Source of the DNA: Octopus bimaculoides
Taxonomy: Eukaryota
DNA: 48,411 bases
NCBI RefSeq assembly: GCF_001194135.2
Contig: NC_068983.1
Coordinates: 3,130,852 to 3,179,262 of the forward strand
Direction of reading: 5' to 3'
Part shown: one piece after another, positions 24,250 to 36,048 of the stretch
Layout of the letters: the number at the start of each line of letters is the position of its first letter
Position numbering within the stretch: the stretch's first letter is position 1
Made by a program: the position numbers and the translations under genes
The notes under the pieces: model-generated
Told to the model about the DNA's origin: nothing
The model's database searches: none
What the model saw: the letters and a program-made list of their open reading frames with translations, nothing else

Positions 24250-24380
24250 TCTGTGGGATTGTGAAGCAAGCTTCCCAGCTGCATAACCCCGGGTTCAGTC
24301 TCACTGCACGCGATTGAGTTCATTGCGCCAACAAAAGCAATGTGAGTGGATTTGGTCGACGGAAACTGAGAGAAGCCTAA
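24250..24380 (+). mobile_element. SINE family A head, degenerate
   Basis: gcttcccagctgcataaccccgggttcagtctcactgc...gtgagtggatttggtcgacggaaactgagagaagcc. Confidence 0.75.
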
Positions 24381-24515
24381 GGTGAGTATGTGTGTGTGTG
24401 TATTTATATATATATATATATATATGGGAGAATATACAAATAATAACAACAGACGAGGACAGGTGGTGTAAATAACAAAAGTATATATTAGTATGACGCT
24501 CGGGAATACGGAAAG

Positions 24516-24552
24516 TCTTTGACGTTTCGAGCTACGCTCTTCAACAGAAAGA
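24516..24552 (-). ncRNA. Minimal type I hammerhead-like motif (A6 to U variant) inside a PLE-terminus-like repeat spanning about 24448-24620
   Basis: Minus strand: tcttt CTGTTGA a gagc-gta-gctc GAA ACGT C aaaga. Helix I (5 bp) and helix II (4 bp) are perfect, helix III is the palindrome ACGT, and the triplet is GUC. Confidence 0.6.
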
Positions 24553-25094
24553 ATACGGAGACAAGGAGAAAAACACGGAGAAAAAAAATTGAATAGTGTT
24601 CAGTCAACGGTCAATCATTAGTTTATTAACTGTCGGAAAGAGTACTCAATACCATGGTAGAGATTAATACTATCATAATTTATTCTGGTCGAGTCAGCCT
24701 CTTGCTACCCTGAGTTTCACCAGTAAGCACACAGGATCTTCCAGCAAATTGTGACTGGAAAAATGGATGGGATTTACACGTACATGAATACGTATACACA
24801 CACACACACACACGTCGATGTACAAGTCGGTATTTTATTCACGTGCTTTCTCTTGAACTTGTCGGAGTGAAAACATCATGTCCACTGTGTTTCTCCCAGC
24901 TTGGTTCCACATTGGGATTCAGGATAGGTGCTGTTTATTATATTTTTATTGATGTGGTTAAAGATCACCCTCGCAAGAATTTTCCCAGCTATGCACAAGC
25001 TTATTCCCCAGCGATTATCACATAAACTCTGTTTCCCCTTGTTTTATATATTTTATGTGTGCATGTAGGTAAGTTTGTAAATTTGTATCTGTAA

Positions 25095-25320
25095 GTGTAT
25101 GCGTGTATCCTTGTCTTGACATCCCGTGACAATTGTAAACGAGCCTCATCGTTATATAGCGATGCCTTTCCGATCTTCCGTGATAAACATGTCTGGCAAT
25201 GGGGAAATATTACCTTGATTGGAAATAGGTTAAGTGTTGTCATCAGGAAAGACTTCCAGTTGTAGAAAATCTACTTCGATGACTTCCGTGCGAGCAATGC
25301 CATCATAGAAAAGGTAGCAA
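25095..25320 (+). mobile_element. Retroposon 3' module (RTE-type SINE tail)
   Basis: gtatccttgtcttgacatc...aaacatgtctggcaatggggaaatattacc...aggaaagacttccagttgtagaaaatct. Family assignment is from recall, not a search. Confidence 0.5.
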
Positions 25321-25399
25321 GGGGAGGGGGCTAATGGATATTGCTACTGTTTGAGATTGTTCTTAATAGTTGTCGCATATTTTTTAAAAAGTAGAAACT

Positions 25400-25650
25400 G
25401 GAGAGATAGATATAGAGGGAGAGATAGATATAGAGGGAGAGACAGACAGGGAGATGGATAGACAGAGACAGAGGCAGAGAGACAGTCAGTGACAGAAAGA
25501 GACAGTGACAGACGGATAAACACAGACAGAGAGAGAGAGAGAGAGAGAGAAAAATAGACAGTGAGAGAGGTAGAGACAAATAGAGAGAGAGAGAGAGAGA
25601 GAGAAATAGACAAATAGGGAGAAATGGAGAGAGAGACAAATAGAGAGAGA
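25400..25650. repeat. GA-rich degenerate microsatellite
   Basis: Directly visible. Confidence 0.9.
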
Positions 25651-25879
25651 GGTGAAATAAAGCAAACAATAACACAAATGTAATAATAGCTATTAAGTTG
25701 CAATGTTCTCTTATATTGGAGATGACGGGTCAAAGGTCAGTTGTTTCTGAGTAAAGATGTAAAGCAATCCTGGCTGGTCCGAGGAGGTTTCAGGTTATTC
25801 ACGCATGGTTTACCATTCAGGACAAACGTATGTAATATATACACCCGTCACTATAAATGCACTTCGGTGTGTATAAATG

Positions 25880-26683
25880 GTGTGTTGCCTCTGGCGCGTC
25901 GAAGTTCATTTGAGTCAAAAGGAATTTGTTGGAAGGAGAACTCGTTGTCTTTAGAAAAAAGGTGAAAATTAAAATCTATTTCCTCGACAATTATTAATTT
26001 TTTAAAACAATGAGTGTGTGTGTGTGTCGTTTGTCGACGTATGAGCGTTCGGCAAATTCTTACTGAACAAACACACACATGATTTTTTTATAGTGATGGA
26101 GGGAGTGAGCTTATGTGAACATAAACATTTGATGTAATGATTATTTGCCAACATAACATGTCCTGGTTTAGGACGAATTTAGCCCCAGGAGACATCGTCT
26201 CCAGCTGGCTATACGACACGATCTATGTCCTTGTTTGAAAATATAAGGACAGAGATCGTGCCGTATAGCCAGCTTGGAGACGATGTATCCTGTGGCTAAA
26301 TTACAGCAATATTCGTCCTAAACCAGGACTGCCATGTTATGTTGGCAAACAATCTCCAAAGTACTGTTGCTGAATATCTCTCGTTGTGAGATTTAAAAAT
26401 AGTAATTTTCTAACAAACGTTTGATCACTATAAACGAATCGCCTGTGTGATCGTTTGGCAAAAAATTGCCAAACCCTCATATGCAGCCAAACGGCGGGAG
26501 AGTCCATGATATATACATATATATGTGTGTGTACGTGCGCGCACACACACACATACCCCCATTATTTAAAAAAATTAATAATTTTCGGAGAAATAGATAT
26601 TAATTTTCACCTTTCTAAAGACAAGTTCTTCCGACAAATTCCCTTTGACTCAAATGAACTTCAACGCGCTAGAAGTAACAGCC
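25880..26683. mobile_element. Nested foldback element: long outer inverted repeats enclosing an inner ~205-bp palindrome
   Basis: Outer arms at about 25882-26014 and 26557-26682, with weaker extension to about 26057 and 26464. Inner arms at 26144-26232 and 26245-26349 around the loop gtttgaaaatat. Confidence 0.88.
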
Positions 26684-29479
26684 AAAAGCGAATCTTAGAG
26701 TAGACGGTCATTTCCTGTATAACAATTATGCCATGCATGCACTCTAATCAATGTATTGAGTTCTACATTGGATAATGATGCACAGATACCCGGATATGTT
26801 TCGGTGTCTTCATAATTAGTCAAGTCATAGAATACGTTGGTGGTCATTACATATCTTGTATATTTTTGATAAGATTTAAGAGGGCCTCATAACAATGGGT
26901 GTAGACTGCACGTAGAGAAGTCTTTTATTCTTGTTGCCAAACCTCTTTCAACACCGTTTATATTTGTTGTACCATCAAAAACATTCTCCAAAAGTTTTCT
27001 CAACTTTCAGTTCTTCGATTAGATTTTTTTTTACTAATTCGTTGATAACAAATATACAGGCGGGCTGAGAAAAATAACGTGGCCTGCGTTACCAACACAA
27101 TGAAAAGCAGATAGGATACACTGGCCCAGGTAGAATTCCAATCCCCGAATCAAAATTAATGCGTGACCTGGGCATCGACATGAGTAATGATGCATCTTTC
27201 CAGGTGCAGCATGGTTGCAGTCCTTGGAATGAAACTTAGAGAAAAAAAACACTTCCTACAGTTAGGGCATTGAATAAAATTTTATGAAAGCTTCCCTGGT
27301 TCGCCTAATTTTTAATACAGCTCAATCTTTCTAATATCTGGCATTTCGTGAAGGATAATGGAATATTCCAAACACCTTTTCACATCATTTGTTATGTCTT
27401 TCTAAAACAACCTCAGTTTTAATATCAAGAACTTCTAAAGTCCAATGTGTGAGGTCCACTTCCGATGTACATCTGACTTTTCAGTTTCCCTCCTCGCCAA
27501 GGAAACGCGTTATAGGTTCCAAAAACGATGACGACTCGGTTAACACAGAAGCTTCGCCTTAGTTACTGCGGTTCCCCGCATGAATCCATTGTGTTATAGT
27601 TTGTTGGGGTGGGCAATAAACGATCGAGTTTCGATAATAACTATCAAGTACTCTCAGTTCTGCTCTACTTGCTTCTTATTTATAGTATTTAGTTAATTTA
27701 ACAAGGACGCTTTGTGCTTTGCATTCACCCCATGGTCCACCCACTTCATCGTGGCCTTATCACAACAAGCACTTTTGCTTTGTAAACAGGTTTCGCTTTT
27801 TGCTAGTTTTCAAAATTAGAATGTTGTTATTGCATAAACCTTTCACACACTGATAATACGAAGATTGGAATCGGTGAGTGACAGAGGTAAGAGAAAGAGA
27901 AAATCTAAACAACTCATTCTTCAAAAGTTTCAAACTAAAATTCTCGCCTAATTAATTTTTGAATTAAAATTAAACCATAATTGGTTAATTTATTCTAGTA
28001 CCATTGATATTATCCTGAAGAAGTAGCAGAGCCAGTGGAATTACGTGGATCACATTCATTTCATCATAATTTCCGTCACTTGAAATATGTTGAGATCCGG
28101 AAGAGCTAAACACCGTAGTGACTCTTAGATTTTAAAAGGTCGTCGTGAAATCCTGATTGTGACTCTCAACAAAGCCGCTTTTGATTCTAGTTTATTCAGA
28201 AAGTTCTTTAGGTTACCGTTATGTTACTTTGATTCATTCTTTATCCAAACAATTTTCAAATAGGAAGATACTATGCTGCAGTTTTTCAATCACTGATGTG
28301 AAATTCAGTCTGGACACTCGTAAGTGTCTATTTGTTGGCGATATTCTCTAAATTTTGATACCGTGAGGAGTGGAGGTTTATGATGAGATTTATGGTACAG
28401 AAGTTAGATTTCGTGTCTGGCTAAAACCGGACACGGAAGTGCCACACGTATACTTACTGATTGATCTTGTCATAAATAAATTCCATAGCGAGTGTGTTGG
28501 AATATCCATTGCCAGAAGTTGTACAAAACATGACATCAAATACTAAATATAGACATGATTGCAAAACTCCGGATCTTCTATATCGATCGAAAACGAGATT
28601 TGGGTGTATCAGAAGAGCTGACTGGGGGAGATATCAGTGTTGGATGAATTCCTTAAGAAAGAAAAAATAACGACGACAAATTTAAAACGTTATATCATAG
28701 AATTTTTTTTGACTATTGTTTGGGTGATTAATGTCATCATTAACTAGTAATTAATATGGCATCATAATTAATTTGGTAATCTCATTGTTTTCGAAATCCG
28801 AAGTTGTTGCTTCCCCAAAATTTTCTCGAATGTTTGTCCCGTATGTGAGAAGTCAGTTTCTCCACCAAACCCCGATTCATATGATCCTATTGCTGTATAT
28901 GTATATATTAATATTCTGCTTAGGCATAGCAATATATATTGCTTGGTGTTCGAACTCAACTCAATATACATGCGCTTCATAGTAAAATGTTCGGTACAGA
29001 GCGTAATAAGAAATTATATACATGTGCCTCAGCATGGCCGCATGCCAATGTGACTGAAACAAGTAAAGGAGAAAAACAAGATTAAAAAAAAAAGATGGTA
29101 GATCCGTGACCAAAGCTCAAATGGGTGATCCTGTAAACACTGGATTACCCTTACTGTTCGCATCAAGCTATGTTGTCCAGTCGAAGGTCTCCTGTTGAGA
29201 GTAGGACATTTATTTGCATCACACTCGCTATTCTCCTCCCCCATACACAACCAGGCACCCTTCTCCCTCACTAAAAATAAATCTGCCACTAGAAATGTGG
29301 TTCTGTACAAGAGTCTACCCAACAGTTCCCCTAAAATAACTCCGTGGGTGGAGAGATGTTAACAGTGAAAATAATAAGATTAAATTATGTGGATGAGTTT
29401 TAGAAACTGGTTAAAAGTCCCTCCACTAAATGAATGGCGGCGTCTGTTTGGTAAACATGTCTTATCGTTTTTCAAATCA

Positions 29480-29840
29480 AACCGGAAAAACATCAGTATA
29501 TAAATAAAATTGTATTATATACACATGTTTTTGCACGTATACACCCCTAGTTATATACACAGATGCACACGCACACGTGTGTGTGTGTGTGTATAGAGGG
29601 AGAGAGAAAAAGGCTTGTATATACACACACATATATATAATATATAGATATATATATACACAGATATGTGTGTATAGACTTACAAGCATGCGTTCATAAT
29701 TACGTGCATACATACATATATAGATGGACAGACAGATACACAGACAGACATAGATGCTTGCATACATACATACATGCATACATACATACATACATACTTA
29801 TATACAACCATACCTATATACATACCTACATACATACATA
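29480..29840. repeat. TA/CA/CATA low-complexity tract
   Basis: Directly visible. Confidence 0.85.
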
Positions 29841-30147
29841 TATCATATCCATGTATGTCAACTTGTTTGCCAAATAACTTGGCCACCGTACGCTCAAATG
29901 TAGTAATACCATGAAAAACTCATTCACTTTTCAATATTCTTTAAAAGTTTCATTTGTCAAGAACTTTCGTAGTTCTATTGCGACCCAACCATTGACAATA
30001 AAATTTTGTCCACGACCAAGTTGTACAAGCGTTGAAGTGTGACAAAACTTTTTCACACTTCACAATACACTTCGTAATAGTCTACTTAACTGGCTAAAAT
30101 TGAATGTGCCATGGTGTTGTGGTTTACATTCATAAACGCATACACAC

Positions 30148-30280
30148 CCCAACCACATGGTTCCGGGTTCAGTCCCACTGCGTGGCACCTTGGGCAATTG
30201 TCTTCTCCTATAGCCTCGAGCCGACCAAAGCTTTGTGAGTGGAGTTGGTTGACGGAAACTGAAAGAAACCCGTCGTGTGC

Positions 30281-30315
<35 letters not shown>

Positions 30316-30503
30316 CACACACATTTTTGTGTGTCTGTTTGTCCCCCCACCATCACTTGACAACCGATGTTGGTGGTTCGGCAAAAGTGATCGATAGAAT
30401 AAGTGATGGGTTTACAAACAATAAATCCTTGGGTCGATTTATTCGATTAAAGGCGGTGCTCCAGCATAGCCGCAATCAAATAACTGAAACAAATAAAAGA
30501 ATA
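30148..30503 (+). mobile_element. Composite SINE family A, head 5'-truncated
   Basis: cccaaccacatggttccgggttcagtccc...gaaacccgtcg, (TA)n, then the tail with an internal deletion. Confidence 0.88.
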
Positions 30504-30534
30504 TATATATATATGTATATATATGTATATATGG

Positions 30535-30663
30535 GTACAGGACGTCAACAACGGTGCAAATAACACGTAAACAACGAGAGAAAAATGAAAAACAGGACAA
30601 GTAAACACAGAGAAAGGACCCTTCATTAGTTGTCAGCTGTCAATCTACTCTTCATTTCGAGCA

Positions 30664-30665
<2 letters not shown>
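30535..30665 (-). repeat. Second copy of the 4905-5080 repeat
   Basis: gtacaggacgtcaacaacggtgcaaataac...gagaaaggacccttcattagttgtcagctgtc...catttcgagcat. Confidence 0.75.
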
Positions 30666-30706
<41 letters not shown>

Positions 30707-30975
30707 GGATTCTATGTATTTTATGTAGCGGGCTGAGTCAAAAGATTATTTTCAGATTTTCTCTGACGATTTTTGCCAGTTTGTCTCACTGTGTTACGTC
30801 ATTGATTTGATACAACTTGGTGTCCAGTCGTTGCCGAATTGTTTCTTCCTTATTTTCATCTGTAATATATAAACATTTACTCTTTACAGGTCTATATTTA
30901 AGAGATGAGGAACTATATACATTATTTACCTTATTTACATTTGATGGATATTTGTCCTCATTTTGTTTGTTGTTA

Positions 30976-31019
30976 ACACAACGTTTCGGCTGATATACCC
31001 TCCAGCTTTCATCAGGTGT
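30976..31019 (-). ncRNA. Minimal type I hammerhead-like motif
   Basis: Minus strand: acac CTGATGA a agctg-gagggtatat-cagcc GAA ACGT T gtgt. Core intact, helix I acac/gtgt, palindromic helix III, triplet GUU. Confidence 0.65.
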
Positions 31020-31183
31020 CATGGGGAAATTTGGAACCTGGGTTCTCGTTCTTAAGGTATTTTTCGATGTTATCATTATTATTATTCAGGTTACTGCCCG
31101 GGGTTAGTAGCCCGCGCTCTATAATAATAATAACATCGAAAAATACCTTAGGAATGAGAGCCCAGGTTCGAAATTTCCCCAAG

Positions 31184-31227
31184 ACACCTGATGAAGGCTG
31201 GAGGGTATATCAGCCGAAATTTTGTGC
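31184..31227 (+). ncRNA. Hammerhead-like motif in the opposite arm, helix III decayed
   Basis: acac CTGATGA a ggctg-gagggtatat-cagcc GAA attt t gtgc. Helix II is perfect (5 bp), but ACGT has mutated to ATTT. Confidence 0.5.
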
Positions 31228-31543
31228 TAACAACAAACAAGATGAGGACAAATATCCATCAAATGTAAATAATGCATTAACAGGGTTGTTATGCATCTAT
31301 GTGTGTATATCTGCAAGTATTTGGGGTCAGTCTATGTGCAGATCCGTCTATTTTGTTTTATGTATGGAAGTTCACATATATATATATATAGTTGCATGTC
31401 TAGACATGTGCAAATGTATTTATATATGCTAAACTTTTGGAAAGCTTTAAATATTTTTGACATTTCCATTGTGTCTGTCGGCATCTAATTAGCTTTCTCG
31501 TCTCTGGTTTTGAGAACCTAAATTACTCAAGACTGAGAAATTG

Positions 31544-31544
<1 letters not shown>

Positions 31545-31617
<73 letters not shown>

Positions 31618-31830
31618 ATGTGCATGTGTGTGTGTATGAATGTGTGTGCATGTATGCGTGTGCATATTTGTGATACACTGTCCTGCTGACAGCTTCTTAT
31701 AAATTCTGTCACCTGCATGTATTAGTATGTGTGTATGGAAATGTGTGCGTGTGTATAAGTATATACATGTATTTATGCATACATATACATACATAAATAT
31801 GTATGTGTATATATGTATGTGTGTGTATAT
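31545..31830. repeat. (TA)n and TG/TA-rich tract
   Basis: Directly visible. Confidence 0.9.
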
Positions 31831-32467
31831 GTATGTTCATGTTTCCTAGCTGACATACGTGCTTTCCTTTGACAAAAACTGACGTTACCCACCACCCACA
31901 CTTCACTATTTCAAGTCACCCCTTCCTTACTCCTCCATCTACCCTTTATTCCCTATTATCCCCCCCCCCTTCACGGCCCACCAACCACCATCCTCCGAAT
32001 TTTCCCTTCTCCAAACGCCATCCACCCGGCTATATTTGCAACAGCTTATTTCTACCCCCGCCACCCTTCCAACAGAGATGGCTGTGCTGCTGTGAAGGAG
32101 GAGCAGAAGGAGGGGAAGTAAAAGACATCGTAGACGACAGGAGGAGGAGGGAAACGTTGGAGTTGGTGGGTGGTTTGAGATTCTGTGGAATGGTCCCTGG
32201 AGTGATGGATATTTCACCACCACCACCACCACCACCCTCCCTCCTTCAACGGATTGGCAATCTTGTAGAAAGAACAATGAACGAAACTGTGCTATACGGC
32301 CTCTCCTCTCTCCACAGACTTTCTCTACATATATACATATATATAAATATATATACACACACACACATATAAATATATACATATAAATATACACACACAC
32401 ATATATATAAATATATATACATGCATACATACACAGACACAAACTCACCTGCTTGGCTATACATGTG

Positions 32468-32501
<34 letters not shown>

Positions 32502-32612
32502 CTGTAACAATGTGTGCGCGCATGTGTGTTGGGGTGTGTGCATTCTTAGATTCCTGTGATGCAAAACTATTTGGAACTATTTTCGAATGATACCAAAGAG
32601 AAGTGAAGATAA

Positions 32613-32828
32613 CTATAAACATTGCTTTAAGTCTTGAATACAACTCAAAGATGTTTCGTATTCTTCCTCATCCGGAAATCTAATCGGTCTATGAAGACGG
32701 GAGATGGGGCTGGAAGTGTTTCCATCGAGGTAGGTGGCAATGTGTACGGAAATAGCCTTGGAATCACAACATTCATTCTCAGCCCAAACAAACAGACAAA
32801 TGGAGAGGAAGAGAACCCACAGACAAAC
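32613..32828 (-). CDS. Speculative terminal coding exon (71 aa, hydrophobic N-segment)
   Basis: Pyrimidine-rich acceptor ...cttcctttgttacattcctcgttaagattag| followed by an open frame VCLWVLFLSICLFVWAENECC...SCIQDLKQCL*. No homology recognised. Confidence 0.2.
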   Translation of the reverse strand, partial: VCLWVLFLSICLFVWAENECCDSKAISVHIATYLDGNTSSPISRLHRPIRFPDEEEYETSLSCIQDLKQCL

Positions 32829-33432
32829 CTAATCTTAACGAGGAATGTAACAAAGGAAGTTGAAGCGCTTGTTTGTTCTTTAGATTGCTTCAGCTATCAG
32901 ACGGCCTTACTGGAGCACTCTCCAGATTGTAGTAGTTATTTGCCGTAAGCTATAGATACAGCTTTGACATGTCGACAACCAATGAACGAAGATTTGTTGA
33001 CATTACAAGATTTTAGAAACTCTAAGTGATATGAAACAATTCTTTTGAGGGACGCTGGAACTCGAAGCAGAGAGCTATAAATAGTAGCGTGTTGCATGTT
33101 GGGATTTCAAGTCTCTTCGATGGAATAAAAGTCGAAGGCCGATTGTGGGATTCGAACCTATATTTCCTTTAGACATAACAGAGCATTGCACCAAAGCAAC
33201 CCCTCAAATTTTTTCCATCCATTCACAAGCTTTGTACTTACCAGCGGGAATTGTCTGTTCTTTGTCATATCAATTTAGAAACCATTTGGAGTGCTTGAAA
33301 CTTATCAACATTGAACTACGTTATTTTCATCAGCCCATTTATATATAGCACGCGGGTCATTTTTCTGTAAATTTCAACTTATATATATATANNNNNNNNN
33401 NNNNNNNNNNNNNNNNNNNNNNNNNNNATATG

Positions 33433-33503
33433 CAGCAGTCCCTCGACTATCGCGGTTGTTACGTTCCAAACCCTAACCCCCGCGATATGGCAAGGGGTTA
33501 ATG
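33433..33503. mobile_element. Minimal (71-bp) pogo/Tigger-like MITE
   Basis: Left end cagcagtccctcgactatcgcggt, right end ccgcgatatggcaaggggttaatg|ta; lies within TA runs. Confidence 0.6.
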
Positions 33504-33544
<41 letters not shown>

Positions 33545-33546
<2 letters not shown>

Positions 33547-33683
33547 GATGTCCTTCTTCTAGTTTCCTTCTACCAAATCCACTCACAAGGCTTTAGTCGC
33601 CCCGAATCTATAGTAGGGGAACTGAACTCGGAATTATGTGATTTGGGAAGCTAATGTCTTACCACAGAGCCACACCTTCGCCT
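33545..33683 (-). mobile_element. SINE family A head
   Basis: ctaccaaatccactcacaaggcttt...actgaactcggaa...cttaccacagagccacacc..cgcct. Confidence 0.75.
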
Positions 33684-34169
33684 ATTCATCATCTTTGTTT
33701 ATAATTTCGTTCTTTTATAACGGTTTTACCAAAGACACCGCTCCCACATGTATATTGTGATTTATACATATGTTAGTGGTGGTTGGGGGACGGGTGTGTT
33801 ATCCTCCCTCGGGCCCATCACCAAATGTAATTCTATATATTATTGACTAGACATTGCACCAGTTATAGTTTTGTTTTTTTTTATTTATTTTGGAAATCTC
33901 ATAAAATATATCTTCAGGGCCAGTCTGCACCTTACGTGGAGATTTATCTCTAAATAAATAAATATCCCACGTTCTGACACTTGGGTTAGATCTCTCTATC
34001 TCTTACATTGAAGTTCACTGATTCATAGACATACAGTCTAGAGGATATGAGATATTGTGTGTATACTATGTGTGTGTGTGTGTGTCTCTCTCTCTCTCAC
34101 TCTCTCTCTATCTCTCTCTCCTTCTCTCTCTCTTTCTCTCTCTCTCACTCTCTCTCTCTCTCTACGTGT

Positions 34170-34208
<39 letters not shown>

Positions 34209-34211
<3 letters not shown>

Positions 34212-35082
34212 CGTGTGATGGGTAAATTGTCGCCACTTTCTATTTTTAATTTCACGCATGTGCATTGATTGTTTTTGATATTGCCGACTACACAGTATAG
34301 TAGGGTCATTTGGGCACCGTCTGTGACAAAAACAGCACCATGTCGCAATTCGCTTTGCCAGAAATTTGGAAACGACATGCTGTGCTGCTTGGCATTCGCA
34401 CCGGAAGCTCCAATGCGAACAGATGCTAAACACACAGAACAACCGTTGGCTTGCCGTGACCCCAAAACCTGTACTGAGAGTTATAAAAGTCAAACTTCCA
34501 GTCAACATCATGATGTTTGGAGTGATCACTAGTGATGGCAACGTTATGCCTCCATTCATCTTCCCACGCGGCCTCGGACTCAACACGGAGGCCTACATCA
34601 AGTACCTGGTGTGGTAGTGATGCCCTGGGTCAAGAGGCTGGCTGCTGGAATACCCTATCTCGTGCAACATGACACCGCACCATGCCACACAAGCAGGAAA
34701 ACCCACTCATGGATGTTAGACTATTTCTTTGACCACATTACCTCTAACATCTGGCCACCTAATCCCTTTGATTATTACGAGTGGGTTGCAGTTGAGCGAG
34801 AGACTAACAAAACCCCCTTGTAACACCAAAGATGAACTGAAGGCAAGGATTATTACAGCATTCACCAAATTAAACGAGGAAACTGTCCAAAAGAGTTGCA
34901 GGAGATTTCGAAGTCGTTTGGAGGCTATGGTTGAAGCCAATGGCGATTTTATTGAATAAATTTACTCTTTAGTATTTCAAGATATTTTTATGCAATTTTG
35001 GTAAATATATCTGTTAAAATGAAATGTTAATGTTATTTTCATTTTTACGTAGTTTAGACGACAGTATATTCACCGCGCCCAG
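34209..35082 (+). mobile_element. Internally deleted Tc1/mariner transposon, maT/DD37D-like
   Basis: TA|cagcgtgtgatgggtaaattgtcg ... cgacagtatattcaccgcgcccag|TA imperfect TIRs with TA duplication. Transposase remnants: MSQFALPEIWKRHAVLLGIR, NTQNNRWLA, MMFGVITSDG..MPPFIF, QHDTAPCHTS, WPPN-PFDY and RFRSRLEAMVEANGDFIE*. Confidence 0.92.
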
Positions 35083-35091
35083 TATATGCGC

Positions 35092-35094
<3 letters not shown>

Positions 35095-35147
<53 letters not shown>
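35095..35147. repeat. (CA)n microsatellite
   Basis: Directly visible. Confidence 0.95.
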
Positions 35148-35150
<3 letters not shown>

Positions 35151-35689
35151 GTCGCATACCTTTCCCAGCGGCAGGGTTCTAACAAGTGACGCGGCACTAC
35201 GTTGCAGACACTATGGTGGAGACACCAACGTAGCCTCGCACCAAAAGGAGAGAAACTCTAGAAAAAAGGGAAATATTAACTAATAGTTAATTAACAATTA
35301 ATGGTTAATTAATAATTCCGCCAATTATTTGAAATGTAATTTTTTTTTTTTTTAAGATTAAGTAAAATTGTTTGGAACAGGTCCACCAAGTCCGTCAGAA
35401 TGCTGTCACCCTATCAGGTGACAGTTATATAATTAACATAATGATAAGTTAATTATATATTATTACCTTATCCTCGCCAATTTCCCCTTTCTGCTTCTGC
35501 ACATTAAAAGAGACCAACAGACAGACACAGCATCGTTCATATTCTGTCACTCGACCAAATTATTGCCAGTCACATCACAAGCTTCTGCTGCTAGTGTTGT
35601 TGTGGTTGTTACTGCTGTAATTGTTGGTGATGCTGCTGCTGATTTTGCTGCTGCTTCTGCTGTTGGTGTTATTGTCGATGATGATGTTG

Positions 35690-36048
35690 ATTCTGATGCT
35701 GTTGCTGTTTAGCCCTAGGTCGGCCCTATGATCACCCACAGGTATCTAGTCATGAACACCTCTGTCTGTTCTGGCCAAGTGTATTTAGAACTACATTATC
35801 CAAGATAACTTCTCGTTCTCTTTAGCAGAGTGTACTTTGGGGGAGTTGGCTGCTATTTCTCGCATATCAAGTAGCCACGAAGAGACTTCCTCCTTTGCTT
35901 ATCAAAGAATACATTCGGTATCAGTGAAGATAGTGAATTGGCAAAGTTGTTTGTGGCTGTCTCTTGTTCCGATTCTCTGTTATCTGAGTTCAAGCCCTGC
36001 AGAGGTCAACTTCGCTTTTCATTGTTTCGGGGTCAATAAATAAAGTAT
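35690..36048 (+). repeat. Family C repeat (35690-35870) followed by a SINE B core remnant (35950-36048)
   Basis: tttagccctaggtcggccc...ttggctgctatttctc; ctgagttcaagccctgcagaggtcaacttcgcttttcat. Confidence 0.6.

Larger units (their letters stand above)
30931..31272. mobile_element. Palindromic (inverted dimer) PLE-terminus-like repeat with ~155-bp arms
   Basis: 30931-31086 is the reverse complement of 31121-31272, with a 34-bp spacer (31087-31120). Confidence 0.9.

Noticed and set aside
27540-27650. PRMNPLCYSLLGWAINDRV resembling the mariner SPDLNPLDF.LWG motif
   Set aside because: Too short and degenerate, and no matching TIR pair could be identified.
29955-30000. Possible hammerhead on the minus strand (ttgtca...gaaagttct tgacaa)
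   Set aside because: The CUGANGA core is absent and helix II does not pair.
31939-32330. Signal-peptide-like CLLLPLLLLLLHSSTAIS on the minus strand
   Set aside because: It comes from a low-complexity GGA-rich tract and has no in-frame start or good donor.
32634-32948. 104-aa plus-strand ORF
   Set aside because: It starts at TTG, has no recognisable domain, and may be the antisense shadow of the minus-strand candidate or a chance ORF.
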